A DNA stretch of 64,000 nucleotides from Pavona decussata (lineage: Eukaryota): NCBI GenBank assembly GCA_977016875.1, contig CDRNST010000250.1:1116001-1180000 (forward strand), read 5' to 3'. A program made the translations under genes and the position numbers. The stretch's first letter is position 1. Every line of letters starts with the position of its first letter. Positions 37,880-50,539 of this stretch are shown here, piece by piece. The notes below the pieces were generated by a model, which made no database searches, was not told the origin of the DNA, and saw only the letters and a program-made list of their open reading frames with translations.

Positions 37880-40594
37880 ATGGAGGAAATAAACAGCATC
37901 GACGACCTTGTGTCAAAAGTCATGAATGTTTCCCTTCCATGGGAAGATTTCTGCCCTGCAGAAATCACTGAGTGGCTAGATGTATTCTCGCGTGCTCATG
38001 GCACCAGAAAAGAATTAGTATTTTTCGGAGTACTATCCACCATTGGTGCCCTTTTGGGCAAATCTGAGTTAAAGCTGTTTTCCACATACAAGGAGAGAGC
38101 GAACCTCTTCTTTGTAGCCCTTGCACCATCAGGGGCAGGAAAAACCCCAGCAGCCCAAATAAGCTGCAGTAACCCAATTATGAAATATCTTGAGCCTAAG
38201 ATTGGAAGTGAAAAGCAGTTGTTGGTAGACAACTCCTCTTCATCCGGACTGTTTAACTACTTTTTAAATGAACAGTCGGTACCAATAATGTGTATCGATG
38301 AGTGCCAAGCATTCTTCAGTAAAATGGTTTACCCTTCTAAGGGTGTCAACGATCAGGCACTCACTATGGAGCGTGTCTGTAAACTTTATGACGGAGATGC
38401 CTGGTATTGTGTAAAAGGCAGCAAGGGGAAAAGAAGTGGAACACAGTTTGCAGCTTTGTCCCTTATTGGTAACACGACCCCAAAGTTATTCCTGAAGAAA
38501 ATCTGGGGAAAGGCTGTGGACAGTAAAAATGGGTTCGCGGACAGATTTCTGCTGTATTGCTGCGACCGAGAAAATGTTTCAATTGAAGAGAAAGAAAGTT
38601 TCTCAGAAAGGCTGGATGAATTTCCAGTTACATCATTAGATGTTGTCTACGAGAAAATTTATGCCGAGCACAACACTTCGGACCATGCAGAGTATAAACT
38701 TAGCCAGTCCGCGAAAGAATGCTATCAGAAGTTTGCCAGGGCAACTCCAGAAAGTGGCACAGAGAAATCAAACTCCAAAGCTGGGAAAAATGTTTTAAAG
38801 TTGGCTCTTGTGCTCCATGTTTTCTACGACCGTCTCAAGAAAGCCCTGGATTCCTCTGTTGGTACGACACCCAGAGTTATCACAGAGGACCTAATGAAGA
38901 AGGCAATCAGTCTATGTTCAACACTTTCACATGTCAAGGCATTGATGGATCTGGTAAGGATTTCACTGACAGTTCAATAGCAATATTATTCTAATCATAT
39001 AGTTCAATAAAATATCCATACCTCCCTATAGAAGGTGTTAACCCACTCATCTTTAAAGTACGATGAGGCTTCTTACATTTCTTTATCATTTGTATCTTAA
39101 AAAAACCTTGGAATTTCCACTCTCTTCTTTTTTTTGGGGGGGGGGGAGGGGTGGTGGGGAGTATGGAGCTAACACCCCTTTGTATTTGACAAGAATGCTA
39201 AGTTCTGAACTTAGAGCACTTCAGTATTTCTTGTAGGTTGCTGATGTACTGTATTATTGTAGTCATACAGGGTACAAAGAAGGGCCAGTGGATTTTGCTG
39301 TCAGGCTTGGGGATTTTACCCATCTTCTTGCCCAAAGGGCAAGTGAAAGTTTTTTGGGGAAGTTTCTTAAGGAATTAATTCGGTCAAGCTGGAAAATGGA
39401 ACTTCTTTGACAGTATTACATTGTGTGGTCCAGGAATAATCATACCTCCCCCATGGAAGGTGTTTTCTTTTGAACCTCCCACCCCCTGGAATTTCCAGTT
39501 CAGCTTCATACTTTTCTTTAAACAATTTGGCTGTTGAGACCCCCCCCCCCCCCCTCCCCTTGGAATTTCCATTGACCTTCCATGAGGAGAGTATGGATAT
39601 TTGTGGGAACCACACATTTGTATTGTAAGTTTCCATATAAGCAACAACAACCTTTATTGGCTCTTTAAACTGAATTTTTTTTATTTTATTTGTAAATAAC
39701 ATCAAGAGAGTCTAGGGGGTAAAAGATCCACATTTTTTTTTCGCGTTAGCCCCCATACCTGTTTATACTATTATTTTTTTTTTAAAAAGAGAAGAAGCAG
39801 AACATGGAGCTGTAAGAGATGAAACTGGAAACATGGATTTTAAATTAATATGCGGGCCACATTTTGATTAAAAAAAAAAAATCACTCCTTGGAAGAAGTA
39901 TAATTGTATGCATTGGATGTATGGAGACCCTGTTAAAATACAAGCCTTTATGTTTGTGTTGTATTTTTTTGGGAAGTAGAGCCTACAACGACACTCTTAT
40001 GCTTTTATTCAGGCCAACTGTACTTGGGTAATAGGTCCCCTGAGCTGGCCGGTCCACCCTTTTTACCTTTTTTTTTTTTGAAGTTTTTTTATCATGATGA
40101 TGATCATCAGTAGTAGTTATTCTTCATTACAATTAATATCATTACGATTTTAGGCTGCCACACTGAAGGAAGGGGAGCACACTATTCGAACTGGTGCATC
40201 AGCTGATGAAATAAAGCAGAGGGCTTTAGGTGAAACAGCTGACATGTTCACGACAGCGAAGAGAGTATACACCAGTTTCTCTTCAATTCGTCGCCCATCA
40301 CCTTCTTTTGTAGTTGACCAGTTCAATGAATTGGAGAGAGAGGGTCTTGGAGTTTTTAAGAACATCCACCGCTCTAAAGTCTTTTTCAAGAAGGTACCTG
40401 AATTATTCATCAACGAAGAATACAAGCTTGGTAAACACAATACCACATTCCAGACTTACAAACAATTCTTTGAGAAAACTGATGAATTCTATGACGACAA
40501 TCAGCGCCTGGAGCTCGTAAGGCAGTACCCATGGAAAGAGGATGCCCAAAGGTGGAAATACCTCCCTGTCCCTGAACTAACCCAACAGCAATAA
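37880..40594 (+). CDS. DUF3987/YfjI-like P-loop ATPase (putative helicase), two coding exons 37880-38953 and 40154-40594, 504 aa
   Basis: NLFFVALAPSGAGKT (Walker A), IMCIDE (Walker B), LYDG, SLIGNTTP, NGFADRFL (Arg finger). A phase-0 GT-AG intron joins in frame to the 40244 ORF with no disablements. Confidence 0.85.
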
Positions 40595-42450
40595 GATTTA
40601 GTGCCCCTTTAGTCTGAAACACTAAAGTATGGTTGTTGACATTATCATCAAAAATTATAAATATATAATAATACTGCTCCCATAAATACTTGCATCTGAT
40701 TGGCCGACAGTAGAACAATTTATCATTGTATCACTGCTGAACAATTGAAAATTAATTGTATGACTGTCGTTCAGAGTTTCGCGCCAAAAACGGCGGCTGC
40801 ACCACTGTCACAACTAGTTTCTAGTCTACTTCAAGGGTATTCATTTTGAGAAATTGTCATAAAGGCTAGATTTTAAGTAGACTCATAAAATCAAAGTAAA
40901 CTCATCATCATCAACTTTCAAAGCCAAAATAAGCAAATCAATTCAAAAAGACCGCCTGGCACATTTTTTAATCTGTTTAAACCTGATCTTGCTGTGCTCG
41001 ATTGGATGCTTGTATTTATGGTAGCATTATTATCAATAGGAGAACTGTACTTTTTCTCAAAACAATTAGGGATTAATTGTAGTCATGAACAAATTGGTCT
41101 GATCTTTTTACTCATACAATTAATCCCTAAAAATTTTTATTATTGTTTCTCGAATAGACCGTTTTCCTATACAAATTGATTTTCAAATTATATTCTTCAC
41201 AAAAATTGATGATGCTTCACCATTATTTAAAATAAATATGAAATTTTAAAACCTTGCCCATGCAACATTTACTTTCATGGTGAAAACATATTTGTTTTAA
41301 TCACAATTATCATTGTTACCCCCTTGCTTATCATGTTTTGTTTATCGTGTTGAAGATGTTTCAAAATTGTTAGGGTTGTCAGTGGCACTGCCATTGTTAT
41401 AATAACTACATTTATTTCAGATAATTATAAATTCTTAAATTCTATAATAAAAACTATTGTATAGCTATATGAACTGGAACAAAATAATAAACATTTATAT
41501 GTTAAACTAAAATCACTACATTTCAGATTACCGGTATTATAAGTTCTTAATTTTTATTTATATGTATTTTCTCTGAATTTCAATCTATAGTTATTAATAG
41601 AAATTATTATCATAATAAAAATTATTGTATGACTACATGAACTGGAACAAAATAATGAACATTTAATATATGTTACACTAAAATTAGATTATTATATAAA
41701 TTATCAAAATAATAAACATTGATATTACGAGGAATATACATGTGGTAGTTTATTTCAACTGTGTTATCATGAACAAGCCATAGTCAACTGACACATCCTT
41801 AAAAAAATCATGGAATTCCCTGCTTTTCATGAACAATCTATAAAATTCAAACGATTTTTTCTTCCACATTGATTTGAATCAAATGAATACTTTTGGAATC
41901 ACATAATAATCATTATTAATTAATTATTATATGGCCATGTCTCATAAGGACTGGGGACTACTGAATTGACAAATTTGATTGCCTGAAATCAATATTGACT
42001 GTGGTCTAGATCCTCCCATCCAGACCAGTTAAATTTTACGGTAAAAAAGTTGCAAACTAAAATGCCAAATATTGACTATTTTCTACTAAAAGTGCCAAAA
42101 AGCCTAACAAGAAAAAAAAAAGAGTAAAGAGGGAGGACAAGCAAACTTTGGCAGATTTAGGTTCAGCTCATTGCCATTCCCAATCAAAAAGGTCAGCCTG
42201 TACGAACCAGTTTCATTGAACAAATTACATTGTAGTTTTCTTGTTTGGCCATATAGTAAACATCTTATTAACCGAGCTTGGTCGGTCTGTATGGGAGAAT
42301 CTTGACCTCAGCCGTGAGTACAGGCCTCACTGCATTCGGTATGTACTCATCTCTTAATCTCTTATGATTTTCAAGGTCCTAATAATGATTACAGTACTAA
42401 GATGTTACATTTTTTGTGTTGGCTGCATACAGGAGTTCCATTTCCTTTTT

Positions 42451-45400
42451 TTACCCACTTAAAGCTGCAACCTCTTTCTTCATCATGAGAGAAAAAAGGT
42501 TTTTTTGTCTGATGATCTTGTCCACCCACCTTTTTACTTTTTCATATGAGGGAATGCTAGTGACTCCAGCAGTTGTGATAACTTGCTTAAAGAGCTTAAA
42601 AATGTTTTCATAGTCAGGAGCGGCATTTTCTTGAGATCCCATCAGGCCATTGACCAGCTGCTGAAGGACAAAAATCTCAAAGTCGCCCAGTTTTTCAGGT
42701 GCCAGTGGCTCATTCTTTCTCTCCAAGTACTCCAATGAAGACAATGTGATGTCATCATGTTTCCTTCGTTTTCTGGTCTGCCCTTCTTTGACGGCTGCAT
42801 TTTTAGGTCCATATGGGTTACCACAATTAAAGCATCTACATGATGGACTGCATCCTTGCAATGCTTGAAAGCATTTGCATCGTGAACCAAAGTTGCTGCA
42901 AAATGACCTTTCTTTGTCTTTTGCACCTCCTCGTCCACAAGAACAACACTGTGTCCTGACTTTGTCTGGACTTGCCTTGTTTAAGTCTTGGCATACTGCT
43001 CTCTCTTTTGGGAATACAGGGTCATAGTGACCTTTTCCTGACTGGTTAAAGGCCACGTATAGGGGTACACTGGTGAGTGGGCTCACCCTTGGCAGCAAGG
43101 GTATCACAGGGTAGCTGACGATAGACGAGAACACTACTATTGGGAGTTTTAGTATGTTCGTCAGGGCAAGCAAAACACTGTTTCCAAGTTCATAATCGAA
43201 GATGCCTGGTTCCAAGAATGATTGTGCAGTGTCTTCCAATGAAGATTTCTCAGAACTGGTTAAAAAACATGCATATTCCTCACTGTTAATCCCTAGCCAT
43301 TCAACTACCACCAACTCTCTCAGTACAATGTTCCTGTTAGAGAGGTCTTGGTTCCTGTATATGTTTAAGGACTGTAAATGTTGCTTAACTGCATCATTAT
43401 CACACTCAAGCATTTTATCAAGTGCAAAGGAGATTGAAGTGAAGCAGCAGTCACCATCACCAGGAACTGACATTTTCTCAAAACCATGGTTAGATACAAT
43501 TTCGTCTAGTTTTTTCTCTGCCACCAAATATTCACTCTGTTCATGACAATCAGTGTGGGAGAAAAGGAGAAGTGTTGAGGGAGCATGAATCCAGGAATAT
43601 TTGTTTGCAAGTAGTGGACTTTGTTCCTTTGAGAAAGTATGTGATGTAATTTTAGTCATAGCAACAGCTCTGTTTATGATTGTTTCTTGTGATTCCATAG
43701 TTAAATTTTCATTGTCATCATCTGAATCAGATTCATAACTGGATGAGGCACTTTCCTCCTCGAGATCAATGTCGAGGTTGTCACATAACATACTTAGGCT
43801 TTCACTTTCTTCTCCAAGGGCAGAAAAACAAGGAATATTATTACCAATGCCAAACTTTTCACGAGACATTTGTTCCCCCAAAGTAAGAAATGTCTGAAAC
43901 CATTGACTCACAGACTTGCATATTCTGTGTTCTCTTCCTTTTTGTTTTGCATCACAAACATTTAGTTTGTAAAATGCAGTGGTTAGAAGTGCAACTGCTA
44001 AAGCAACACCAATGCGGTCTTTCTTAAGCCATTTACGCAACCTCTTGTGGATATTCTCGTTGCGGTTTGTTCCAACTCCTGGTGGAATACCTGATAAGCA
44101 GCCCAATCTAACATGCTTCATAACTTTGTTTATTTCAGCTACAGCTTTATCTGGTAGCACCCTTAAGTCATTTACGAGCTCAGTTGACCATTTTCTCAAG
44201 AAGTCCTGCAAGTTTTTTTCCATCTTGTCTGGTGGGGGTGTTGATCTTTTCCTAGAATGTCCAAAATCATTGTCATCCCGAAAACATAATCTCAAATTTT
44301 TAATCATAGCTTGTCTGACTCCTCTCAAGTCAGCTGTAACACCTTTTCTTGGTATTTGATCCAAAATACGTTTGAGGGCGTGGAATAAATCTAGTTTGAT
44401 GGGGACATTAGATCCAAATATGGCATTGATCTTTTTCTTAACAGAACAGCTATTGTCAATTATAATACCTTCCAACTCTTTTTGGGCAATTTGATGCCGT
44501 TCCTTCAGCCCAGTTAGAAGGGACTCCACTGTGTCAATAGATGTACCTCTCGCAAGCTGCCATGCAAGTACCTTATTCTCCTCATTCATGACAATAAACA
44601 CGGAATTATACAGCTTGACCCACCGCTTGTTTTGCCAATAGCCAATGTTAGCAGATATTTTGAACGTGTGGTCTGCTGATAGCCACTTACCATACTGACT
44701 AGCCATATGCTGAGTGTACATATTCTCACAGTCACTAAAAGCTCGCAAGAATGCCCTTGTGATTAACATTCTTCCAATGAAATCCTTCTTTGGATTGAAA
44801 AGGGGAAAATTAGCTGCTGCATTTTGGCGTTGTGAATAGTACAAGAAAGCTCTGCTGCAGTGGTAAGAATTGTGCAAATTCAAAAGCATGTTCTCAATGT
44901 CCTGTATACAAAGCCCAGCCTGAGTACTGCTTGAAATAAAATCAAAAAGTTCCTTTGTCATCCCAGACTTGTGAAACAGAATAAACGGAATTCTAATACC
45001 TGCCTCACGGATTGCCTTCAACAGCTCAGGGTCATGTGCAACAACCTGGTGATGTTTACCACTGCAGAGATACACACATGAGACAAGAAGGACTTGCTGC
45101 TGAATCGAGAATATGGTGCGAGGCGATGTATGGGAGCTTGTTCCATCATTCCATCTCCACATGCGAAGAGACGACTGACAATATGGACAGGCTAGATCGC
45201 ATTCTGTTTGGACCAGGGGATTCCATAGAATAACCGGTGGAATCATATAAGCCTCCGGGTCGTCACTGGGCGCGTGTTGCCCGCCAGATGGATTAAACAC
45301 ATTGCTGAAGCATCGTTTCGCAGCCGATGACTTTGAGGAAGCAATACAATTTTGTATGAACTCTCGCCACGTTTGCGGAATATTAATTGGAACTACCACC

Positions 45401-45462
45401 AGCAAAGAAATACTTAGAAAAAGCACGCAAAAAATGACAAAACTAAGGTTGGTGGACGCCAT
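42451..45462 (-). CDS. Intact 1003-aa DDE transposase (DUF6729/MULE-like) fused to an OTU-like cysteine protease and a CXC-like domain
   Basis: CPYC...YLC...H zinc module; SADHTFK, IIDNSC, KLDLFH, GTNRNENIH; VPGDGDCCF...GHYD; CSCGRG...C...CKC...C...CRCFNCGNP. Confidence 0.82.
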   Translation of the reverse strand: MASTNLSFVIFCVLFLSISLLVVVPINIPQTWREFIQNCIASSKSSAAKRCFSNVFNPSGGQHAPSDDPEAYMIPPVILWNPLVQTECDLACPYCQSSLRMWRWNDGTSSHTSPRTIFSIQQQVLLVSCVYLCSGKHHQVVAHDPELLKAIREAGIRIPFILFHKSGMTKELFDFISSSTQAGLCIQDIENMLLNLHNSYHCSRAFLYYSQRQNAAANFPLFNPKKDFIGRMLITRAFLRAFSDCENMYTQHMASQYGKWLSADHTFKISANIGYWQNKRWVKLYNSVFIVMNEENKVLAWQLARGTSIDTVESLLTGLKERHQIAQKELEGIIIDNSCSVKKKINAIFGSNVPIKLDLFHALKRILDQIPRKGVTADLRGVRQAMIKNLRLCFRDDNDFGHSRKRSTPPPDKMEKNLQDFLRKWSTELVNDLRVLPDKAVAEINKVMKHVRLGCLSGIPPGVGTNRNENIHKRLRKWLKKDRIGVALAVALLTTAFYKLNVCDAKQKGREHRICKSVSQWFQTFLTLGEQMSREKFGIGNNIPCFSALGEESESLSMLCDNLDIDLEEESASSSYESDSDDDNENLTMESQETIINRAVAMTKITSHTFSKEQSPLLANKYSWIHAPSTLLLFSHTDCHEQSEYLVAEKKLDEIVSNHGFEKMSVPGDGDCCFTSISFALDKMLECDNDAVKQHLQSLNIYRNQDLSNRNIVLRELVVVEWLGINSEEYACFLTSSEKSSLEDTAQSFLEPGIFDYELGNSVLLALTNILKLPIVVFSSIVSYPVIPLLPRVSPLTSVPLYVAFNQSGKGHYDPVFPKERAVCQDLNKASPDKVRTQCCSCGRGGAKDKERSFCSNFGSRCKCFQALQGCSPSCRCFNCGNPYGPKNAAVKEGQTRKRRKHDDITLSSLEYLERKNEPLAPEKLGDFEIFVLQQLVNGLMGSQENAAPDYENIFKLFKQVITTAGVTSIPSYEKVKRWVDKIIRQKNLFSLMMKKEVAALSG

Positions 45463-45535
45463 TTTTTGAGACCGCAAGTTAGCAAAACAGCGGATTAAAA
45501 CCATACGTCAAGTATGTGCTCTTTTGTGTGACATC

Positions 45536-45871
45536 GAGCCATCGAACCATCGAACCAACGATCCAACAATTCACCGAACCAACGATCCACCGAACCAACG
45601 ATCTATCGAACCAACGAACCACCGAACCAAAGATCCACCGAACCAACGATCTATCGAACCAACGAACCAACGATCCACCGCACCAACGATCTATCGAACC
45701 AACGAACCACCGAACCAAAGATCCACCGAACCAACGATCTATCGAACCAACGATCCACCGAACCAATGATCTACCGGACCAACGATCTATCGAACCAACG
45801 ATCTATCGAACCAACGATCCACCGAAGCAACGATCCATTGAACTAACGAGCCGCCGATCCGTTAGACCACC
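45536..45871. repeat. 8/16-bp tandem array (CCAACGAT/CTATCGAA/CCACCGAA), probable foldback-type terminal repeat of the transposase-OTU element
   Basis: The array lies immediately 5' of the ORF and ends with ...CCGTTAGACCACC (GG-starting on the minus strand). Confidence 0.75.
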
Positions 45872-45934
45872 AATCATCAGTCTCTCGTTACGGAGTGACG
45901 TCACTGGTGACTTGGTATATGGTGCACCAGCCCA

Positions 45935-46756
45935 ACTTCCACCACCAGCTGTCTTACCATCAAGTCTCTGTTGGGGCATGCACATGTGTCTATACTGTTG
46001 TGTGGACAAATGATTGGACCTTATGCTGTCAAAGTTATCAACTGATGGGAACATGTCACTCAGAAGCTTGACCAGTGTACCTATGGAGTTACAGAGATTG
46101 CCTGGTGGGGAAAGTTTAAGACCATCATCATACCATACAGTCATCATTGGTAGGTCAACACAGACAAGTCCCCAGTGATGTTTGTCTGGCATATGTAGTG
46201 GCATAAGGATAAATTTAAGTTCAGTGGGATGGTGGAGCTCCTTTTGAATGATGGTTTTGATGGGATCCAAATCTTGATTCTTCAACCATGACAAGGCTTC
46301 AGGTGGCAAACACAGAATTGAACAACTCTTTGTTTGTTTCTGCTTATTAATTAGTGACTTTTTCAAGCAATAATTGATGATGACGTTGTCAATGTAGCGC
46401 TCTCCTACCAATGTAGAAAATGATTTAAAATCTACACAAATTCCATCAAGAGAACCAACAACATGCAGTGGGTCATGGTGGCTACTTTCAAAATAGCTGC
46501 AGAGGAATTTGATTTCAGTTTCTCTGAGAGTATACTTGTCAGGGTTGAAATGCAGCCACGCCATTTCTTCTTTAAAGTTGTGTTGCATGTTGGCAATGGA
46601 ACAATATCTCAAAAGGACATCAATGCCACTGGTATTAAAATTTCCCAATGTACCAATTTTGACTCCACTTGGACCATCACTATCATCCAACTGTAAGGTG
46701 TTTGCATCTATCACCTGGGAAGAGCATGTGCTAATGATCTTGTGTGCTATCATCAT
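45935..46756 (-). pseudogene. ULP1/SENP (peptidase C48) domain, broken at the catalytic Cys
   Basis: ERYIDNVIIN...LMPLH...HHWGL...YDDG...PQQ...GGGS[W]. The expected SCG is replaced where foreign sequence begins. Confidence 0.82.
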
Positions 46757-47935
46757 TGTGTGTTCTGATGGGCGACTCTTAGCAAGTAAGGACTATCCTC
46801 TTGAAATTTACCAAAAATAGGGACAACCTCTGTCTCATGGATTAGATTTGCTACTGGAGGAAGCTTAATTTGTGATAACTCTAGCCTTGTTGCAGTTTGT
46901 GACATGCAAAACTTGAGTGGTTTTTCAACAGGTTTTAGAGATTCTGGTGTGCTGCTACAATAATATTATTTATGGATATACATATAAGGATCTACTGTTC
47001 ACACAATGACTTCTAATGGTCTGTGTCTCTCAAATACAAATTTTAGCAATGAATATAATCAAAAGTGCCTCTGAATGCATCAAACTTTAGAGTTAAACAA
47101 ACCTCTTTTCTTTCTTCACAGTAAGATATTTTTCCAAGAATACTATCATCAGCAGATTCCTTGTCTGGAAAAAGGTTCATGACCTTTTGAATTGGCAAGG
47201 AACACTCCACTGTCTTCACAGTTGTTTATGAAAGCCTGTTCAGTGTTGCCTGCACATTAAAAAATAATTAGTTCAAGTCTTTGGATGCTATAACCATTAG
47301 AACAATTAATTAAACTAGGACGGGTGACCATAATATAATAGGGTTTACCTAAAACACGGAATCCGGAAACCGGAATCCGGAATCCGGAAAAAAAAAAAAA
47401 CAAAAATGGAAATTCGGCGACATGAAAATTTCAAAGAAGGCTAAAGTCACTTGGGAAACAGTTTTTATAGCTCTTGAAAAATTGTAATATCAGTCAGGAG
47501 CCCAGTGAAATTTTCAAAAGTTTTCCGTAGATTTCAATAATTGCTTAGGCAGTTGAGCCACTCATTTGGAATAAAGGATCCCAAACTTCAAACGTACCCT
47601 TAAATACCCCCACACCTCTTCCTACTCGATAACATTTCCTCCTGCCATAGCACGTAGATAGACAATGAAACGTAACCAGAGAAAAGAGTCAGTGTTGCGT
47701 TTATCCCTCATCAACTCTTCGCAAGACTCACTGCCTTTGCATAATAATATAAATGGGGGTGGCTTAGGTTTCATCTAAAAAAAAGAGTTTCGAATTGGCA
47801 CCGACCCAGGATAGACAGCAGGCAATGTTATTTATTTATCCGTCCGTCCGTCCGTCTGTTCGATCGTTCGTTCGGTCGTTCATTCATTCATTCCCTTCGT
47901 TCCTTTGCTCACTCACTCACTCTGCCGGCATACAT

Positions 47936-49039
47936 CGTAGTTACTAAAACAAGGAATGACCTAAAATGACCTAAAATAAATCTGAAATATTCTTAAATGA
48001 TCTAAATGAAGGGAAACCAAGCTAAAATTACAGAATTACAACTGAGTGCTTACGAAAAGCGCCGATGGTTAGACGTAAGCCAATTCGATGACAGAGTTGC
48101 GTAAACAAACCGCACTAGAGCGAATCTTTTTTTTTGGTAAAAGTATCGGCACTGACCAATTTTTTTCGAGTTCGTTTACCGGTCGCACATTAAAAGCCAC
48201 ACGACAAGGCTAAATACTTCTGTAAACACTGATAAAACGCTTTTGAAAACAATGTAAAGGCATATCTGTGCATCAATAGGCCTTATCACGGTTTTCGGTA
48301 TTTTTTCCCGCGAACTATTTTTAGTAGCAGTACATGGCTGGTTCGCTTTGCAGACAAATGTATGAAAAATTCAAAACACGACTGGACGCTTTCTGGCACA
48401 GCTACGTCCCTCCAATTTTTTTTCTTAATCCTCTTTCTAGTGCCAAAAGTTTCCAATTCATGAATTTTTTAGAAGCAATGTTTTATCAAAATTATTTGAC
48501 ATTGGATTTCCATACAAACACTGTTTTTTCAAGCCTGTTTGCCTACTCGTCAAAATAACGCCGAAAACCGTGATAAGGACACGCAGTTAACAAGTTAAGG
48601 GTAGCGCATGAATAAAAGATAACTCTGTGCCAGTTCCATATGAAATAGCTGCATCAATCAATACCGCGTTGCTGGGCGAAACATAGAACTTCGCTTCGTA
48701 CCAATAAAAAACCGCGTTGCTGGGAAAAAACTAGGCACTTCGAACCAAGCAAAACCATGTTGCTGAGCGAAACTTGGAACTTCGCACAAATCAAAACCAC
48801 GTTGCTGGGGAAAAACTAGACACTTTGCATCAATCAAAGCCTGTTGTGATACAGTAATTATCGGGAATTTCCTTGCAGAAGTCTCCGGTAGAGACGAAAC
48901 GCGTCGGAAATAAACTACAAGAAGTCTTCTGTTGGGCTGCTCACTAGTCTTTGCTATAAAATTAAAAAAATAAAATCATTTTAGGTCATTTTAGGTCATT
49001 TTAGATCATTTTAGGTCATTCCTTGTTTTAGTAACTACG
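47936..49039. mobile_element. Nested MULE-like MITE, 10-bp TSD CGGCATACAT
   Basis: CGTAGTTACTAAAACAAGGAATGACCTAAAAT... and its reverse complement; identical 10-bp flanks. Confidence 0.93.
48281..48578. mobile_element. Third-level nested MITE
   Basis: CCTTATCACGGTTTTCGG / CCGAAAACCGTGATAAGG. An end of the same family occurs at about 34610-34655. Confidence 0.75.
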
Positions 49040-50539
49040 CGGCATACATTCGTACATTCAATCATGTATGCATGTATTCATTTATGCACCTTTTTACAAA
49101 AGAATGTCGAGCTGCCGGTATAAAGGAAACGTTTTATGTCGATAGCCTTTTTTCAAATACAGTAAGAACTACAGGAGCCTGTGAACGATTTCCCATAATT
49201 TAGTAATCTTAATAGCAGGATTTAGATAACAAATTATTTTATATCCTCTAATTCCAGATACCTTGGAAGCCGTAGATCTATTGATTTTGATTTAGAGGTA
49301 ATAAGTCTAAATATTTTAAGCCCCATTCCCAGCCTTATGCCCAAACAATTTGTTGAGCCGTAATATACGTTAGTCACAATGTCATGACACGTGCAAAGAT
49401 ATATTTCCATCGTCACCATTGTGAATGCGCTAATTTGCCTACTGTACCTGTCAAAACACCACCAATCGTACACATCTCTTTCTCCCCTAGCTTTTCCGAA
49501 AGAACGAAAATCCCCTACTCACAAGCCAATCAGCATCCGGCAAGTTACACAGAAAAAGAAAAATAGAAAGAAAAGAAAGTCTTTCCTGATTTACGGATTC
49601 CGTGTATTTGATTTGATAAACATAGATAGGTGTCGTTCTGGTGTGTTTTAAAGTTTTACGCTTTTAATTTGAAATCTTCGGCAAACTTTTGAAAATTTCA
49701 CTGGGCTCCTGACTGATATTATAATTTTTCGAGAGCTATAAAAACTGTTTCCCAAGTGACTTTAACCTTCTTTGAAATTTTCATGTCGACGAATTTTCAT
49801 TTTTATTTATTCCAGATTCCGCATTCCGGATTCCGTGTTTTAGGTAAACCCATATAATATTATGTCAGCTTTTCCTTTAGATCTCATTAGTCAATCAAAA
49901 AAAAAAAAAAAAGAACAATGATATTACTACGACTACAAACTAAGACCTTAATTTAAAGGGGTACAAGCTAGGCTGAATTTCAATTCCCTTCTATTTCTAG
50001 TGTAAATGAGGGAACCAAATCCCTGTCGGTTGTTTGCTACTTAACTGTATAGAGTGAAACCTTTTTTCAGTGAAAATCTATGGGACAAAAAAAATGCTTT
50101 GTTTATAGTGGAAATACACTTATATGTAGCTACCCATCGCTAATTTACAGGCTTTCCACTCAGAAGTAACTGGAAACAAATAATAATCGAATCAAACAAT
50201 CGACCCTCGAATGGACCCTCACAACTGTCCACTTAATGCAGGGGTCTGGTTATATAGGGTTCATTTTACAGAAAATATGGGGAAAAGGTCTGGATTTGGA
50301 ACTTAAGGTCACATTGCTTCGTGGATTTTTGCCCTAATGGCATTTTTGCATTTTTGAGTGTTTTAACCTTCATTCACACAACATGTATCTATTAATAGTA
50401 ATGGCTCTCCAGGCTAGGCCCTTGATTGAAGGCTATTAGTACATAATTTATTCAAGAAACAGACTCCTTACAATTAAGTTACGTGCTTTGAAGAGAATAG
50501 TTATGAGGATGAACATATGCCGTGTATTAAACTTAACAA

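Larger units (their letters stand above)
47341..49851. mobile_element. Non-autonomous MULE-like element, about 190-bp TIRs, TSD ATATAATA
   Basis: GGGTTTACCTAAAACACGGAATCCGG... / ...CCGGATTCCGTGTTTTAGGTAAACCC. Confidence 0.9.

Noticed and set aside
37868-38980. Bacterial contamination or prophage
   Set aside because: The gene has spliceosomal introns containing animal MITEs and is contiguous with animal transposons.
45479-46013. Repetitive ORFs (VRWFDRSL..., EPTNHRT...)
   Set aside because: These are translation artefacts of the 8/16-bp tandem array.
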